Below are positions 31,150 to 41,123 of a stretch of 64,000 bases of DNA, piece by piece. Under the pieces are notes generated by a model, which was not told the DNA's origin, did no database searches, and was given only the letters and a program-made list of their open reading frames with translations. The stretch is taken from assembly GCA_046116545.1 (NCBI GenBank), contig CP175956.1:321734-385733 (forward strand), given 5' to 3'. The stretch comes from Candidatus Moraniibacteriota bacterium (GTDB lineage Bacteria > Patescibacteriota > Minisyncoccia > Moranbacterales > GCA-2747515). Each line of letters starts with the position of its first letter. The first letter of the stretch is position 1. The position numbers and the translations under genes are program-made.

Positions 31150-31614
31150 CTACAATTTTATATATTTACCATTTTTGTAATTTTCAATTGGTTCCAGGGT
31201 TGTCTGTGTAGTTTTTGCTGGTAATTTATCTAAAGCAATCCATCTTATTTCATCACATTTTTCAGGCTCCATGTTTCTTGGTTCTCCTTTTGTGATATAT
31301 GCAATAAAATTAAAAGATGCCCAATGCTGTTTATCTAATTCGACAAAATGATCAGTATGTGGTAAATAACCCGTTATTTCTATTTCAATATCTAATTCCT
31401 CTTTAATTTCACGCTTCATAGCATCAATTGCTATTTCACCAAAATGTACACCGCCACCTGGTTTTGACCAAAAACCGACCTCATTACGAACTTTTTTTCC
31501 TCTTTTCATAAGAAGCGCTTCACCTTTGTCATTTAAAATCAGAACACCGCCACCCACACCTATGCAGTCTTTTCCACTTATTATTTTGCTCATTTTTTTA
31601 TAAACTTTACTCAT
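31150..31614 (-). CDS. NUDIX hydrolase
   Basis: PGGGVHFGEIAIDAMKREIKEELDI Nudix box; NMEPEKC. Confidence 0.9.
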   Translation of the reverse strand: MSKVYKKMSKIISGKDCIGVGGGVLILNDKGEALLMKRGKKVRNEVGFWSKPGGGVHFGEIAIDAMKREIKEELDIEIEITGYLPHTDHFVELDKQHWASFNFIAYITKGEPRNMEPEKCDEIRWIALDKLPAKTTQTTLEPIENYKNGKYIKL

Positions 31615-32911
31615 TAACTAAGGTAATATCAACGCCAATACTTCGTAATCTTTCTTCCAAGTCTTCATAACCCCGATTTATGGAGTATACTCCACGAAGA
31701 ATTGATTTACCTTTTGCACCAATCATAGCAACTAACATAATGGCCGCTGGACGAAGTGCTGGCGGTGACATCAAATCTGCACTTTGTAATTTGGTTGGTC
31801 CAGTAACCTCAACACGATGTGAATCAATAAGTGTTATATTGCCACCAAGTCTATTCAACTCTGTGAAATATACAGCCCTGTTTTCATATACCCAATCATG
31901 GATTAAAGTTTTACCCTTAGCCATCATTGCAATCGGTACAAAAAATGGAAGGTTATCCATATTCAATCCAGGAAATGGTAATGCATGAATTTTATCTTCT
32001 AATGCTTTCAATCTTGAAGGAATCATTTTTATATCAACTAATACTGTCTTCTTATTTTTTGATTTATATTTTTTCAAGATTTCAAATTCTTGTCCCATTT
32101 TTGAAAGTTTTAATAGTTCCAATTCCAAAAATTCTATTGGGCATCTCTTCACTGTAAGTTCACTCTTTGTTGTAATTGCTAATGACAAAAAGAACATCGC
32201 TTCAATAGGATCCTCACTTATTTCATATGTAACATTTTTCTTTAACTTCTTCTTTCCTTTTATCTCTAAAGTTGTAGTACCTATTCCTTTTATTTTTACA
32301 CCTAGCTTCTCAAGGTAAAAACATAAATCTTGAACCATGTAATTTGAAGTAGCCATTTTTATAACTGTCTTACCAGGAATTTGTGCTGCTGCCATAATAG
32401 CTGTTTCCGTAACAGTATCTCCAGACTCATACAACACGTTACTTTCAATTGGCTTCAAAGTTCCTACTGATATATCAAACCCTTCTTTTTTTGTATCAAT
32501 ATTAATTCCATAATTTTCTAGTGCAAATAAATGTGGCTTTATAGTTCTCTCTCCCAACTTACATCCACCTGCCTGAGGTATGAAATATTTCTTATGACTT
32601 CCGCTCAAAGAGCTTATTAACATAATTGCACTCCTAGTTTTTTCTGCAGCTTCTTTATTAATTTTTTTCAAAGAAAAACTTTTTGGTGCATTTATTATTA
32701 ATGTACTTCCTTTTTTTTCAATCTTAACTCCAATACTTTCTAGTATCTCAATCCATCTATTCACTTCCTCTATTTGAGGAACATTTTTAAATGTTGTGGT
32801 TCCTGCATTCATCACAGAAGCAGCTAACAGCGCAACTGCTGCATTTTTTGAACCATTTACAGATATATTTCCACTCAACTTTTTACCACCATTAATTTCA
32901 AAATATTGCAT
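31607..32911 (-). CDS. murA: UDP-N-acetylglucosamine 1-carboxyvinyltransferase
   Basis: GSKNAAVALL, AGGCKLGER (catalytic Cys), VYENR, SINRGYE. Confidence 0.95.
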   Translation of the reverse strand: MQYFEINGGKKLSGNISVNGSKNAAVALLAASVMNAGTTTFKNVPQIEEVNRWIEILESIGVKIEKKGSTLIINAPKSFSLKKINKEAAEKTRSAIMLISSLSGSHKKYFIPQAGGCKLGERTIKPHLFALENYGINIDTKKEGFDISVGTLKPIESNVLYESGDTVTETAIMAAAQIPGKTVIKMATSNYMVQDLCFYLEKLGVKIKGIGTTTLEIKGKKKLKKNVTYEISEDPIEAMFFLSLAITTKSELTVKRCPIEFLELELLKLSKMGQEFEILKKYKSKNKKTVLVDIKMIPSRLKALEDKIHALPFPGLNMDNLPFFVPIAMMAKGKTLIHDWVYENRAVYFTELNRLGGNITLIDSHRVEVTGPTKLQSADLMSPPALRPAAIMLVAMIGAKGKSILRGVYSINRGYEDLEERLRSIGVDITLVNE

Positions 32912-33026
32912 ATTTACATAATAAATTTATTGATATCTTTACCCTGAAGTATATGTTAAAACCCTCTTTTTTTCAAGGAAGTCTTTAGGATAATCTATTA
33001 CATTTAAGAGCCTTATTTACACTTCT

Positions 33027-33093
33027 GTCATTCCGGAAGTTACAAGTTCTTTTCGAACGAAGTGAGAAACCAGAACTTCAACTGTCCGGAATC
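33027..33093. repeat. Long REP-like hairpin, GTCATTCC...GGAATC family
   Basis: GTCATTCCGGA-AGTT...AACTGTCCGGAATCT; related copy at 61183-61251. Confidence 0.6.
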
Positions 33094-33134
33094 TTTCAAA
33101 TAAATTTTTAAAAACTCCTTTATGACTAGATAAA

Positions 33135-33357
33135 AAGAAAATCGCCACAAATTTACTGTTGTAATTTAGTGGCGATAATTTAAATCAATTTCAATGAGAT
33201 TAATGTCCCTAAAAATCTCTTTGAAATGAGATGCGAAGATTTTCACATCTAGATGTAAGATATCAAAAAACATTGTTTTGATATTATTAGTTTTTATATT
33301 CTATTGTGTAAAGAACAAAAAATCGGTCTGAGCACTTAAAATTGCTCACCCGATTAC
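33135..33357 (-). ncRNA. Candidate stand-alone structured small transcript (possibly encoding a 35-aa peptide at 33166-33273)
   Basis: Consensus promoter upstream (TTGACT-17-TATAAT at about 33364-33392), a series of hairpins, and a final hairpin ATCGCCAC...GTGGCGAT with T-tract. Confidence 0.45.
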
Positions 33358-33542
33358 TATGTAATTATAGCATGCCTAAACACAAAAGTCAACCTTCCCA
33401 CTTTAAGCTTAAACTCAAGTTCTAATTATAAAAAAGAATAAGCTTTAGCATTCCGTAAAATAGATTTCTTTTGTGAGGTGTACCCAGCTAAGGAATCCTT
33501 TGTACGGAATCTAATCATTACTATTATTGTGTACTATTAACA

Positions 33543-35540
33543 TTACCCAAGACCCCTAATGACCGTGTCAACAATCACCCATCCAAGCAATGATATAACT
33601 AGTCCTATTATTGCGTATAATATCCATTGCTTTGCAGTGTTAACTTTTGTATCATCACCAGCTGATGTTATATACATGACACCTGCAATAACAATAACGA
33701 GTACACTTAATCCTCCCACAAAACCAAGTATGACTTTCATAATGTCACCTATAATGTCTGCAATATTTGATGTTCCCCCTGAACCGTTATTTAATCCTAA
33801 TCCATATTTTTTATTACTAGTTTTAGATGGTGTTACATTTTTGTTATTTTGTATAGTCCCAGCATTAATGATATTTTGATCTTGATCATTTTTTGCAGTA
33901 TTTGTAGTAGTTACTTGTTTATAAAATGGGTTATTTAAATCACTATCAACTTTTGTATTATCTTTTTGTACATAACTCTTATTTATATTATCCTGATTAT
34001 CTGCTATTTCTAATTGATCTTTGTCAACTGAGCTCGTGCTATAAAAACTACTACTAACGTCAGCGCCTACATCACTTAGAAGTTTACGATAATTCATATC
34101 ATCATCAATATATCCAACTGGATATGTTTTTCCATTTTTATCAACAATCTTATTTTTTTCAAATTTATACCCTACTTGTAATAATTCACCAACTCGCAAA
34201 GCTCTGTTAAATGAGGCTTTATCATATTTTTTTGCATTATCTGATGTAATTGATATTCCTGTTTTTTCCCATTTATCACCAACTTTCTTATAATGACTAT
34301 ATTCTCCACTATTCTTATCATAAACCCAACTATTTTCCTTCAACTCTACTCCTCTGTGATACAAAACTTGTGAGTAATAACCATCCATATTTATTACACC
34401 TGAACTGTTTTTAAATATAGCTAAATTTCTTCCCATTTTTACATATGTATTATATCTATCATCCTCTTGTTTTGAATTACTTAATTCAATCCAAGTTCCA
34501 TCTAATGTACTAGCACTTTGTTTTTCCTCTTCTATCTCCTTTATGAAGCCATTCATTTTATATTCAATCATCTCTTTATCTTCTATTTCATGCAAAACCA
34601 ACTCTGATATAGTATTTTTCTTTTCTCCATTTTTGCCTGGTAAATAAAAGTTTCCATTTTCTTTATCATATTTATAACCCATTTTTGTCAAAACTTTATA
34701 CTGCGCTTTATCCGCTCCTATAATTTTTTGTTTATCTGAAATATCAGGGCTACTTATAAAACTCCTTGCTTCATATACATCTATTATTCCATCAGCATCT
34801 TTGTCATATTTTTCTGATACATTTCCTTCCAAGAATTCATTCGCAATAGTTGCCCCTGTATATGCAGCTGCTGAAGATGTTCCTCCATTTTGTGTTACCG
34901 AAGTAGCATACACATCAATGCTTCCGGTTTTTTGTCCTGAAGAATAGCCTTGTATTTTGTTATTATTATACTTAGGATCTAAGGCTCCCACAGAAATTAA
35001 AGAATAATTATTTGCCTGATTGTCAAAAAATTTTCCACCCTCCATTACATCACCTTTATTACCTGCTGCATTAACCACTATAGTACCATCTTCTGTTAAA
35101 TTATTTATTTCTTCTGTAAATTTTTTACTCATATAATCTGCACGAGATACACCGAAGCTCATATTTACAATATTTGCTCCATCATTTTTTGCAAGTTTAG
35201 TAGCTTCAATTAGCTGTTGATTTGAGAGGTTACCATCTCTATCAGTTGCATTAATAGAATGTAACTCAACTTCACCACTTTCTATTTTGTCTTTTAACTT
35301 ATCGTAATAAATCTTTGTCATAGTAGTTCCATGAGTTTCCTTTCCTCGTGCCATTCCATCAGTAAAACCACCAGTATCATGTAAATGCACTGCATCTTTA
35401 GGTAATCCCATTCCACTATTATACCCTGTGTCTATTATATAAATTTTTATAGGCTCTCCTTTTTTCAATCCTGCAGCAAATAATTGTATCGGCACCAACA
35501 CTATTATTATAAATGCTATTACACTAAATTTAATAAACAT
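33543..35540 (-). CDS. S8 (subtilisin-like) serine protease fused to a C-terminal CPR-type pilin (TrbC/VirB2-like) domain
   Basis: Signal peptide; IIDTG (Asp), HGTTM (His), VNAAGN (oxyanion Asn), GGTSSAAA (Ser); C-terminus IVIAGVMYITSAGDDTKVNTAKQWILYAIIGLVI. Confidence 0.85.
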   Translation of the reverse strand: MFIKFSVIAFIIIVLVPIQLFAAGLKKGEPIKIYIIDTGYNSGMGLPKDAVHLHDTGGFTDGMARGKETHGTTMTKIYYDKLKDKIESGEVELHSINATDRDGNLSNQQLIEATKLAKNDGANIVNMSFGVSRADYMSKKFTEEINNLTEDGTIVVNAAGNKGDVMEGGKFFDNQANNYSLISVGALDPKYNNNKIQGYSSGQKTGSIDVYATSVTQNGGTSSAAAYTGATIANEFLEGNVSEKYDKDADGIIDVYEARSFISSPDISDKQKIIGADKAQYKVLTKMGYKYDKENGNFYLPGKNGEKKNTISELVLHEIEDKEMIEYKMNGFIKEIEEEKQSASTLDGTWIELSNSKQEDDRYNTYVKMGRNLAIFKNSSGVINMDGYYSQVLYHRGVELKENSWVYDKNSGEYSHYKKVGDKWEKTGISITSDNAKKYDKASFNRALRVGELLQVGYKFEKNKIVDKNGKTYPVGYIDDDMNYRKLLSDVGADVSSSFYSTSSVDKDQLEIADNQDNINKSYVQKDNTKVDSDLNNPFYKQVTTTNTAKNDQDQNIINAGTIQNNKNVTPSKTSNKKYGLGLNNGSGGTSNIADIIGDIMKVILGFVGGLSVLVIVIAGVMYITSAGDDTKVNTAKQWILYAIIGLVISLLGWVIVDTVIRGLG

Positions 35541-35544
35541 TATT

Positions 35545-36354
35545 TTAATTTATATTATATTCTACGTGTGAAAAATATTCATATAGTATGTCTACATCCT
35601 TCTCATTTAATACACCTCGCTTTGCCTGTCTAATTAAATAATCATCTAACAGTTCTCTTTCTACAGGCTCATCAAAAAATAACATAATCAATCGTGGATC
35701 TCCTTCAATTTTTGAATAATCTATACTTCTTTGAGACATGATAGCCATTTCCGCATAAGTAAATCCTATGAATTTATCCAGTATTTTTGGAATAATAACT
35801 TCATTTATTTGTTTTTCTTGTTCTGGTGATAGATTTATTTTCTCGCTTGACTTTTGTTCTTTTGGCTTTGTGTCTTGAATTATTTCTCCCAAATTCACCA
35901 TTACAGTATCTGGATTATCTTTTATTTTTTTTAAATCAACATGTTCACCATAAGCATTTGACGTAATCATTAAAAATCCAATAGTTGCCATGACTAACTG
36001 TTTTGGTGTTATATATTTTTTTGCTATTTCTAAAAATGTTCGCTCATTACTTTTTATAATTTCTTGTTGATTTTCTTCTGTTAGTTTATTGAAAAACTTT
36101 TTTGTTTCTAAAATTGCCTGTTCCTTTGAAGTATTTGTATAAATTGATTCAATTTCTTCATAACTAAGTCCTGAAATTTCTTCTAGAAGCTCTAGCTCTA
36201 TATTTAACTTATCTGCTTTGTCTATTAACTTTTCTTTTTCTACATTATCTAATCCTAAATGTTCTGAATTTTCCGCTAATCGATTTAGTTTTTCTATTTT
36301 TTTTGATTTATCTTCTAAATCGCTTGATATTACTGGGTTTTCAAAATTTTTCAT
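35545..36354 (-). CDS. Hypothetical acidic protein with one central TM
   Basis: 269-aa ORF starting MKNFENP. Confidence 0.7.
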   Translation of the reverse strand: MKNFENPVISSDLEDKSKKIEKLNRLAENSEHLGLDNVEKEKLIDKADKLNIELELLEEISGLSYEEIESIYTNTSKEQAILETKKFFNKLTEENQQEIIKSNERTFLEIAKKYITPKQLVMATIGFLMITSNAYGEHVDLKKIKDNPDTVMVNLGEIIQDTKPKEQKSSEKINLSPEQEKQINEVIIPKILDKFIGFTYAEMAIMSQRSIDYSKIEGDPRLIMLFFDEPVERELLDDYLIRQAKRGVLNEKDVDILYEYFSHVEYNIN

Positions 36355-36377
36355 ACTTTTTTAGTTAACGTCTATTT

Positions 36378-37646
36378 TTATAACTTTTTTTCATAATTAT
36401 CAGCCCACCATAAAACATCTTCACAATAAAATTTTGTGTTTGCTGTACTACATGTGCCCAAGTATCTACTTGCTGCCTTCCATTCACCGCTCTTTTTAGT
36501 TGCACCATCATTTGCTAGTTTCAATGCCATTGCCATAACACCATCTGTCAGACTCCATGGATCTGGAGGATTGTGTCCCGTCGCTCGTGCAATCTTTGAT
36601 TCATAACCTTTCCATGTATCTGACATAAATTGAGCAACACCCATGGCACCACCAGTACCTTTATAATTTGCTGGCGGACATGAAACCTTTTGTTTTTTAT
36701 AATTATAATCTAAGCCCTTACAGATATCTTTGAAAATATCTTTACGATAATCACTCATTCTACTTTCTTTATAATTACAGCCTCCTGTAAATCGCCCAAG
36801 ATTTGTTTCTACCACAAGCATGCCTAATATAAAATCCTTACGTACTCCTGTTTTCTTGCTTGCAAATTTTGCGGCTTTTACAATATCATCTGTATCAAAT
36901 GATATTCCAAGTAAAGAAGAAAGTTGATTTTCTACCGCGGAAAGTTTTGCATTAAGCTCAGCTATTGATGCATCAACCCTACCTATCTCTGTTTGTACAT
37001 TTGTAGATTGTACAAGAAGTGTTGATTCTATTTCTTTATGTTCAACTAACAATTTTTCTTTTTCTTTTTTAAGCTCGATTAATTCATTTTTCTTCTTTTC
37101 TTGTAATTGTTTTGCACTTTCAACTTTATTAACTACGTCTATAATTTTTTGACGCATATCATCTAAACTATCTATTTTTTTCAAAAATCTTTCTGAGCCA
37201 TCATTTTCAATTACATGAAGCAATGACTGATTTCCTGATGCAAAATATGCCCGCCTTATAGTATCTGCTAGTGAACTTTTGTATAATTCCACTTCATTGT
37301 TCAATGACTTTATTTGTGCGTCATGTCTATCCATGTCATCTTCTTTTTTCTCAATATCTGTTATGACTTCGTTTATTGTTCTTTTAGTTTTTCCAAGTGA
37401 CTGTTTAACTATATTCAAATCTCCTTGCAAAGATGCTTTCTTCTGCTCTTCTTTTTTTACTTTTTTTTCATATTTTTCTGCTTTTTCTTCATATTCATCT
37501 TCTTTTTCTTCAAGCTCTTCTTTTTCTTCTTCTGTCATTTCTTCATCTTCAGCATATACAAAGTTATTTCCTGCAAGAATAACGCAAAAAATTGCAAAAA
37601 TAAATACAAATATCCCAAATTGTTTTATGTAATTTTTATTTTTCAT
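36378..37646 (-). CDS. Secreted coiled-coil plus lytic murein transglycosylase
   Basis: Signal/TM, long PcsB/CwlO-like coiled coil, VVETNLG (catalytic Glu), GAMGVAQFMSDTW, DPWSLTD. Confidence 0.87.
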   Translation of the reverse strand: MKNKNYIKQFGIFVFIFAIFCVILAGNNFVYAEDEEMTEEEKEELEEKEDEYEEKAEKYEKKVKKEEQKKASLQGDLNIVKQSLGKTKRTINEVITDIEKKEDDMDRHDAQIKSLNNEVELYKSSLADTIRRAYFASGNQSLLHVIENDGSERFLKKIDSLDDMRQKIIDVVNKVESAKQLQEKKKNELIELKKEKEKLLVEHKEIESTLLVQSTNVQTEIGRVDASIAELNAKLSAVENQLSSLLGISFDTDDIVKAAKFASKKTGVRKDFILGMLVVETNLGRFTGGCNYKESRMSDYRKDIFKDICKGLDYNYKKQKVSCPPANYKGTGGAMGVAQFMSDTWKGYESKIARATGHNPPDPWSLTDGVMAMALKLANDGATKKSGEWKAASRYLGTCSTANTKFYCEDVLWWADNYEKKL

Positions 37647-37800
37647 TTACCCAGTTAAATTGCTTTGCACCAACAAATGATACTAACAACTTTCATTATT
37701 CAATATACTTATATTAACTTTTAGTCTACCCCTATATAACTAAATACAGTTGTTGGATTTAACAGGGTAACTACACTTATAATAACATGCTTTAACCAAT

Positions 37801-37830
37801 AAAAAAACCGGCCTTAACGGCCGGTTTTTT
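37801..37830 (-). terminator. Intrinsic terminator of rplY
   Basis: AAAAAAACCGGCC-TTAAC-GGCCGGTTTTTT. Confidence 0.85.
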
Positions 37831-37846
37831 GAATATGAAATATAAA

Positions 37847-38539
37847 TTATTTCTTTTCAGTTTTTTCTTCTTCTTTCTTTTCTTCACCTTCTTCACCATC
37901 CTCACCTTCTTCATCTTTATCAGCCATTCCTTCAATCTTTGATACATCTGCATCAACTTCACTATCAAGCTCTGCCATTTCTTCTTCTGTTCTAGGAGCA
38001 ATAACTGAAGCAATTGTTGCATTCTCATCTAATATAATTTCAACTTTATCACTAACTGAAACATCACCAACTGAAATACTATCGTCAAATGTAGCTAGTC
38101 CTGATAAATCAACTTCGATTTCATGAGGTAATTCAGCTGGAAGAGCTTTTACAACCAATGAATCATTATTCTTTATAAGAGTTCCACCTAATTCTTTTAC
38201 AGCAGCAGAAACTCCAACAAATACCAATGGCACTTCAGCTTCAACAGCCTCTTTCATATTTACTGCATAAAAATCAATATGTGTAAATTCATCTGAAATT
38301 GCATCTAATTGATAATCATATACCAAAACATTAACTTTTTTTCCATCTACATCAAGAGATACAACTGTGTTTGTTCCAGCCTTATCAAATAATCTTTTAA
38401 ATTCTGTAGCATCAACCCATATGCTTCCAGATTCGATAGCATTACCATACATTACTGCAGGCACGTTATTTTCAGCTTGTTTTCGAGCTTCTCGCCCTGT
38501 AACTTCTCTTTTTTTTGCTTTTAATACAATTGTTTCCAT
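37847..38539 (-). CDS. rplY: 50S ribosomal protein bL25 (CTC form)
   Basis: VPAVMYG, THIDFY, EVPLVFVG, ALPAELPHEIEVD, acidic tail. Confidence 0.95.
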   Translation of the reverse strand: METIVLKAKKREVTGREARKQAENNVPAVMYGNAIESGSIWVDATEFKRLFDKAGTNTVVSLDVDGKKVNVLVYDYQLDAISDEFTHIDFYAVNMKEAVEAEVPLVFVGVSAAVKELGGTLIKNNDSLVVKALPAELPHEIEVDLSGLATFDDSISVGDVSVSDKVEIILDENATIASVIAPRTEEEMAELDSEVDADVSKIEGMADKDEEGEDGEEGEEKKEEEKTEKK

Positions 38540-38630
38540 AATATAAAAAATAATTACTTAATAAAAATCGATTATCTGTACACAATATCAGATCAAAATA
38601 TTTGCATCCAAATAATCTCTACTTATTTTT

Positions 38631-38957
38631 TTAGAACATATCACTTGCATATCCATCACATGTATCAAGATAATCATGCACAGCAATAACATCATTATCA
38701 GATATTGTATCTGACTCAAAAAATGTTCTAGCTTCTGTTGGATTTGTATCAGTAAGTACTCCTACTGTCATCATCCCGCCTTCATTTTGAGAAACAAAAA
38801 TCATAGCAGCTCCTGTACATTTCATGCATGAAACATGCATCACAGTTTTATCCTCATCAAAACCAAGTGGCACATATGACAAATTATTCCGCTCTGCACC
38901 GCAAACCGGACATTTTTGTGGAATTATACGATTTTGTTCTCCTCGTTCTATGTCCAT
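38631..38957 (-). CDS. Zinc-ribbon hypothetical protein
   Basis: CPVC...HVSCMKC, GVLTD, DVIAVH. Confidence 0.75.
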   Translation of the reverse strand: MDIERGEQNRIIPQKCPVCGAERNNLSYVPLGFDEDKTVMHVSCMKCTGAAMIFVSQNEGGMMTVGVLTDTNPTEARTFFESDTISDNDVIAVHDYLDTCDGYASDMF

Positions 38958-39003
38958 ATAAACAATATAATAGTATAAAAAATGAAAAAATGCAAGTCTC
39001 CAA

Positions 39004-40116
39004 CTAGTATGACTCAATATAATTTTTCATAGTAACTTCCCTTCGCAAATATACACTCATCACAAGCCCACAAGCTATCATCACACTTATAAGTGAACTT
39101 CCACCATAACTAACAAGTGGCAATGGAATTCCAGTTACTGGCATCACTCCTATGTTCATTCCTATATTAACAGTAAAATGTATGAAAAACAAAATCATCA
39201 CACCCACAACCAAGAAATATCCAAATGAATCTCTAGCCTGACTCGCTATAAAGAAGAATCTTGTGAATAATAAACCAAACAAACCAATTAGCAATAAAAC
39301 GCCTGCAAAACCTACTGATTCTGCTATTGTTGCAAATATAAAGTCAGTATGTTTTTCTGGTAAAAAGTTTAACTGTGATTGAGAACCATATCCAAATCCT
39401 TGACCAATCATGCCACCATTACCAACTGCAATTATTGACTGAATGACATTATATCCTGTGCCTTGTGGATCGAGTTCAGGATGTAAAAAGTTTGTAATAC
39501 GTGCTCTCTGATAAGGTGCAAATAAGCTCCATGCGATAATAGCAAAAATAGCACCTACCAAAATAAATGATAGTAAATATCTTTTTTTGATACCTGATAC
39601 AAAAATCATTCCAAACCAGATACCAAAAATCACAAGAGCCGAACCAAAATCAGGCTGTAATAATACCAAAAATCCCACTACAGCTGTTAACAAAAAAGAA
39701 ACTATTATTGTAGTCACCTCTCCCAATTCACCTCTTTTCTTTGAAATGAAGTGTGCAAGAAAAATAACCATAAATATTTTGACAATTTCTACTGGCTGTA
39801 TATAAGCAAATCCCAAATTCAACCATCCAGACGTACCGCGTAAAGTTGTTCCAAATACAATTGTAGTTATGAGTAAACCAATTGAACCAAAATATAAAAA
39901 AGTACTATATGACTTAAGAATTCCATAATCCATAAGTCCAAACATTATAAATATAACGCAGCCTATCACTGCATATATTATATGTCTTGTAAAAATTTCA
40001 TTTCCTGCACCACCACCTTGAAATAAAATGCTCCAAAGCGCGATTGAACCAAATCCAATCAATAATATTACAGCAAAGAAAAAAATAAAATCAAACTCAA
40101 AGAATTTACGAATCAT
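39004..40116 (-). CDS. rodA: SEDS peptidoglycan glycosyltransferase RodA
   Basis: IQPVEIVK, LQPDFGS, YQRARI, LPEKHTDFIF, PVTGIPLPLVSYGGSS. Confidence 0.95.
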   Translation of the reverse strand: MIRKFFEFDFIFFFAVILLIGFGSIALWSILFQGGGAGNEIFTRHIIYAVIGCVIFIMFGLMDYGILKSYSTFLYFGSIGLLITTIVFGTTLRGTSGWLNLGFAYIQPVEIVKIFMVIFLAHFISKKRGELGEVTTIIVSFLLTAVVGFLVLLQPDFGSALVIFGIWFGMIFVSGIKKRYLLSFILVGAIFAIIAWSLFAPYQRARITNFLHPELDPQGTGYNVIQSIIAVGNGGMIGQGFGYGSQSQLNFLPEKHTDFIFATIAESVGFAGVLLLIGLFGLLFTRFFFIASQARDSFGYFLVVGVMILFFIHFTVNIGMNIGVMPVTGIPLPLVSYGGSSLISVMIACGLVMSVYLRREVTMKNYIESY

Positions 40117-40140
40117 ACTATTAATCCAATCTCTAATATC

Positions 40141-40965
40141 TTACTCATTTGTCATCTCTTGATACCTTCCTCCTGGGAGATATTTTTTCATAAAATTCAA
40201 CGAATCGAATGTGTTTGTCTCTGCTTGCATTTGAGCTGTTTTGATATTGCCTGGAAATTTATGTGGCCAAATCAATCTAAAATCTCTCTTTGCACCAGAA
40301 TCCAAAGTCCTCATTTCAGTAGAATTTACAGCAACTGGGATACCTCTCTCGTCCTCGAGGATAACATATATTGTTACATTGTTAAAATCGTATACACTAT
40401 CATTAGAAACTAATCCAAATGCTTCAGCATAATTTGTTCCATTTTGAACAAAGCCAAATTTTTGATTCTTTACTAAAATTTGAGGACTATCAAACTCAGT
40501 AAACTTAACCCATTCAACATTATTAATTGAAACCTTTAATTTTGTTGGCTTTTTATCTGTTTCTAATCCAATTTCTACTAAATACTTAGTTTCATTTGGT
40601 AAAATAAATGTTTCATCACTTACACTACCCAATACCGTCCCATTATCATCTAAAATTTCAACTGTATAATAAACTTTTTCACCACCATACAATATATTTG
40701 GATTATTAATTTGAGCAACTACATCATACTTATTTTCACCTCCATAAACTAAATGCTCATTTTGCACAATCAAATCTTTTCCAATTAGCTCCTCTGGACA
40801 TTTTGTACAAACCCCCCCACAATCAATCTGCTCTTCATTTTGATTTTTCTTACCATCAAAACAAGTCGGATCAGTTTTCATCATAGACACAATCATCCAC
40901 ACAAACAATAAAAATAATACTGCATAGATCGCTACAATTAACATTTGTTTATTTTTTCTTATCAT
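40141..40965 (-). CDS. Membrane-anchored hypothetical protein with Cys-rich motif
   Basis: One TM; PTCFDGKKNQNEEQIDCGGVC. Confidence 0.8.
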   Translation of the reverse strand: MIRKNKQMLIVAIYAVLFLLFVWMIVSMMKTDPTCFDGKKNQNEEQIDCGGVCTKCPEELIGKDLIVQNEHLVYGGENKYDVVAQINNPNILYGGEKVYYTVEILDDNGTVLGSVSDETFILPNETKYLVEIGLETDKKPTKLKVSINNVEWVKFTEFDSPQILVKNQKFGFVQNGTNYAEAFGLVSNDSVYDFNNVTIYVILEDERGIPVAVNSTEMRTLDSGAKRDFRLIWPHKFPGNIKTAQMQAETNTFDSLNFMKKYLPGGRYQEMTNE

Positions 40966-41040
40966 AAAAATTATTTTAAATATATACAACCATTATACAC
41001 GATAGCAATCGAATTTAAAAATAACTATCTTTACTACAAT

Positions 41041-41064
41041 AAAAAGCCCTTGAATAAGGACTTT
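41041..41064 (-). terminator. Terminator at the end of the RT island
   Basis: Minus strand AAGTCCTT-ATTC-AAGGGCTT-TTT. Confidence 0.6.
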
Positions 41065-41123
41065 ATTTATATGCGGGGAGGATGGGACGATATTGGAACT
41101 TTTTTGATGGAGAAATATCTTAT

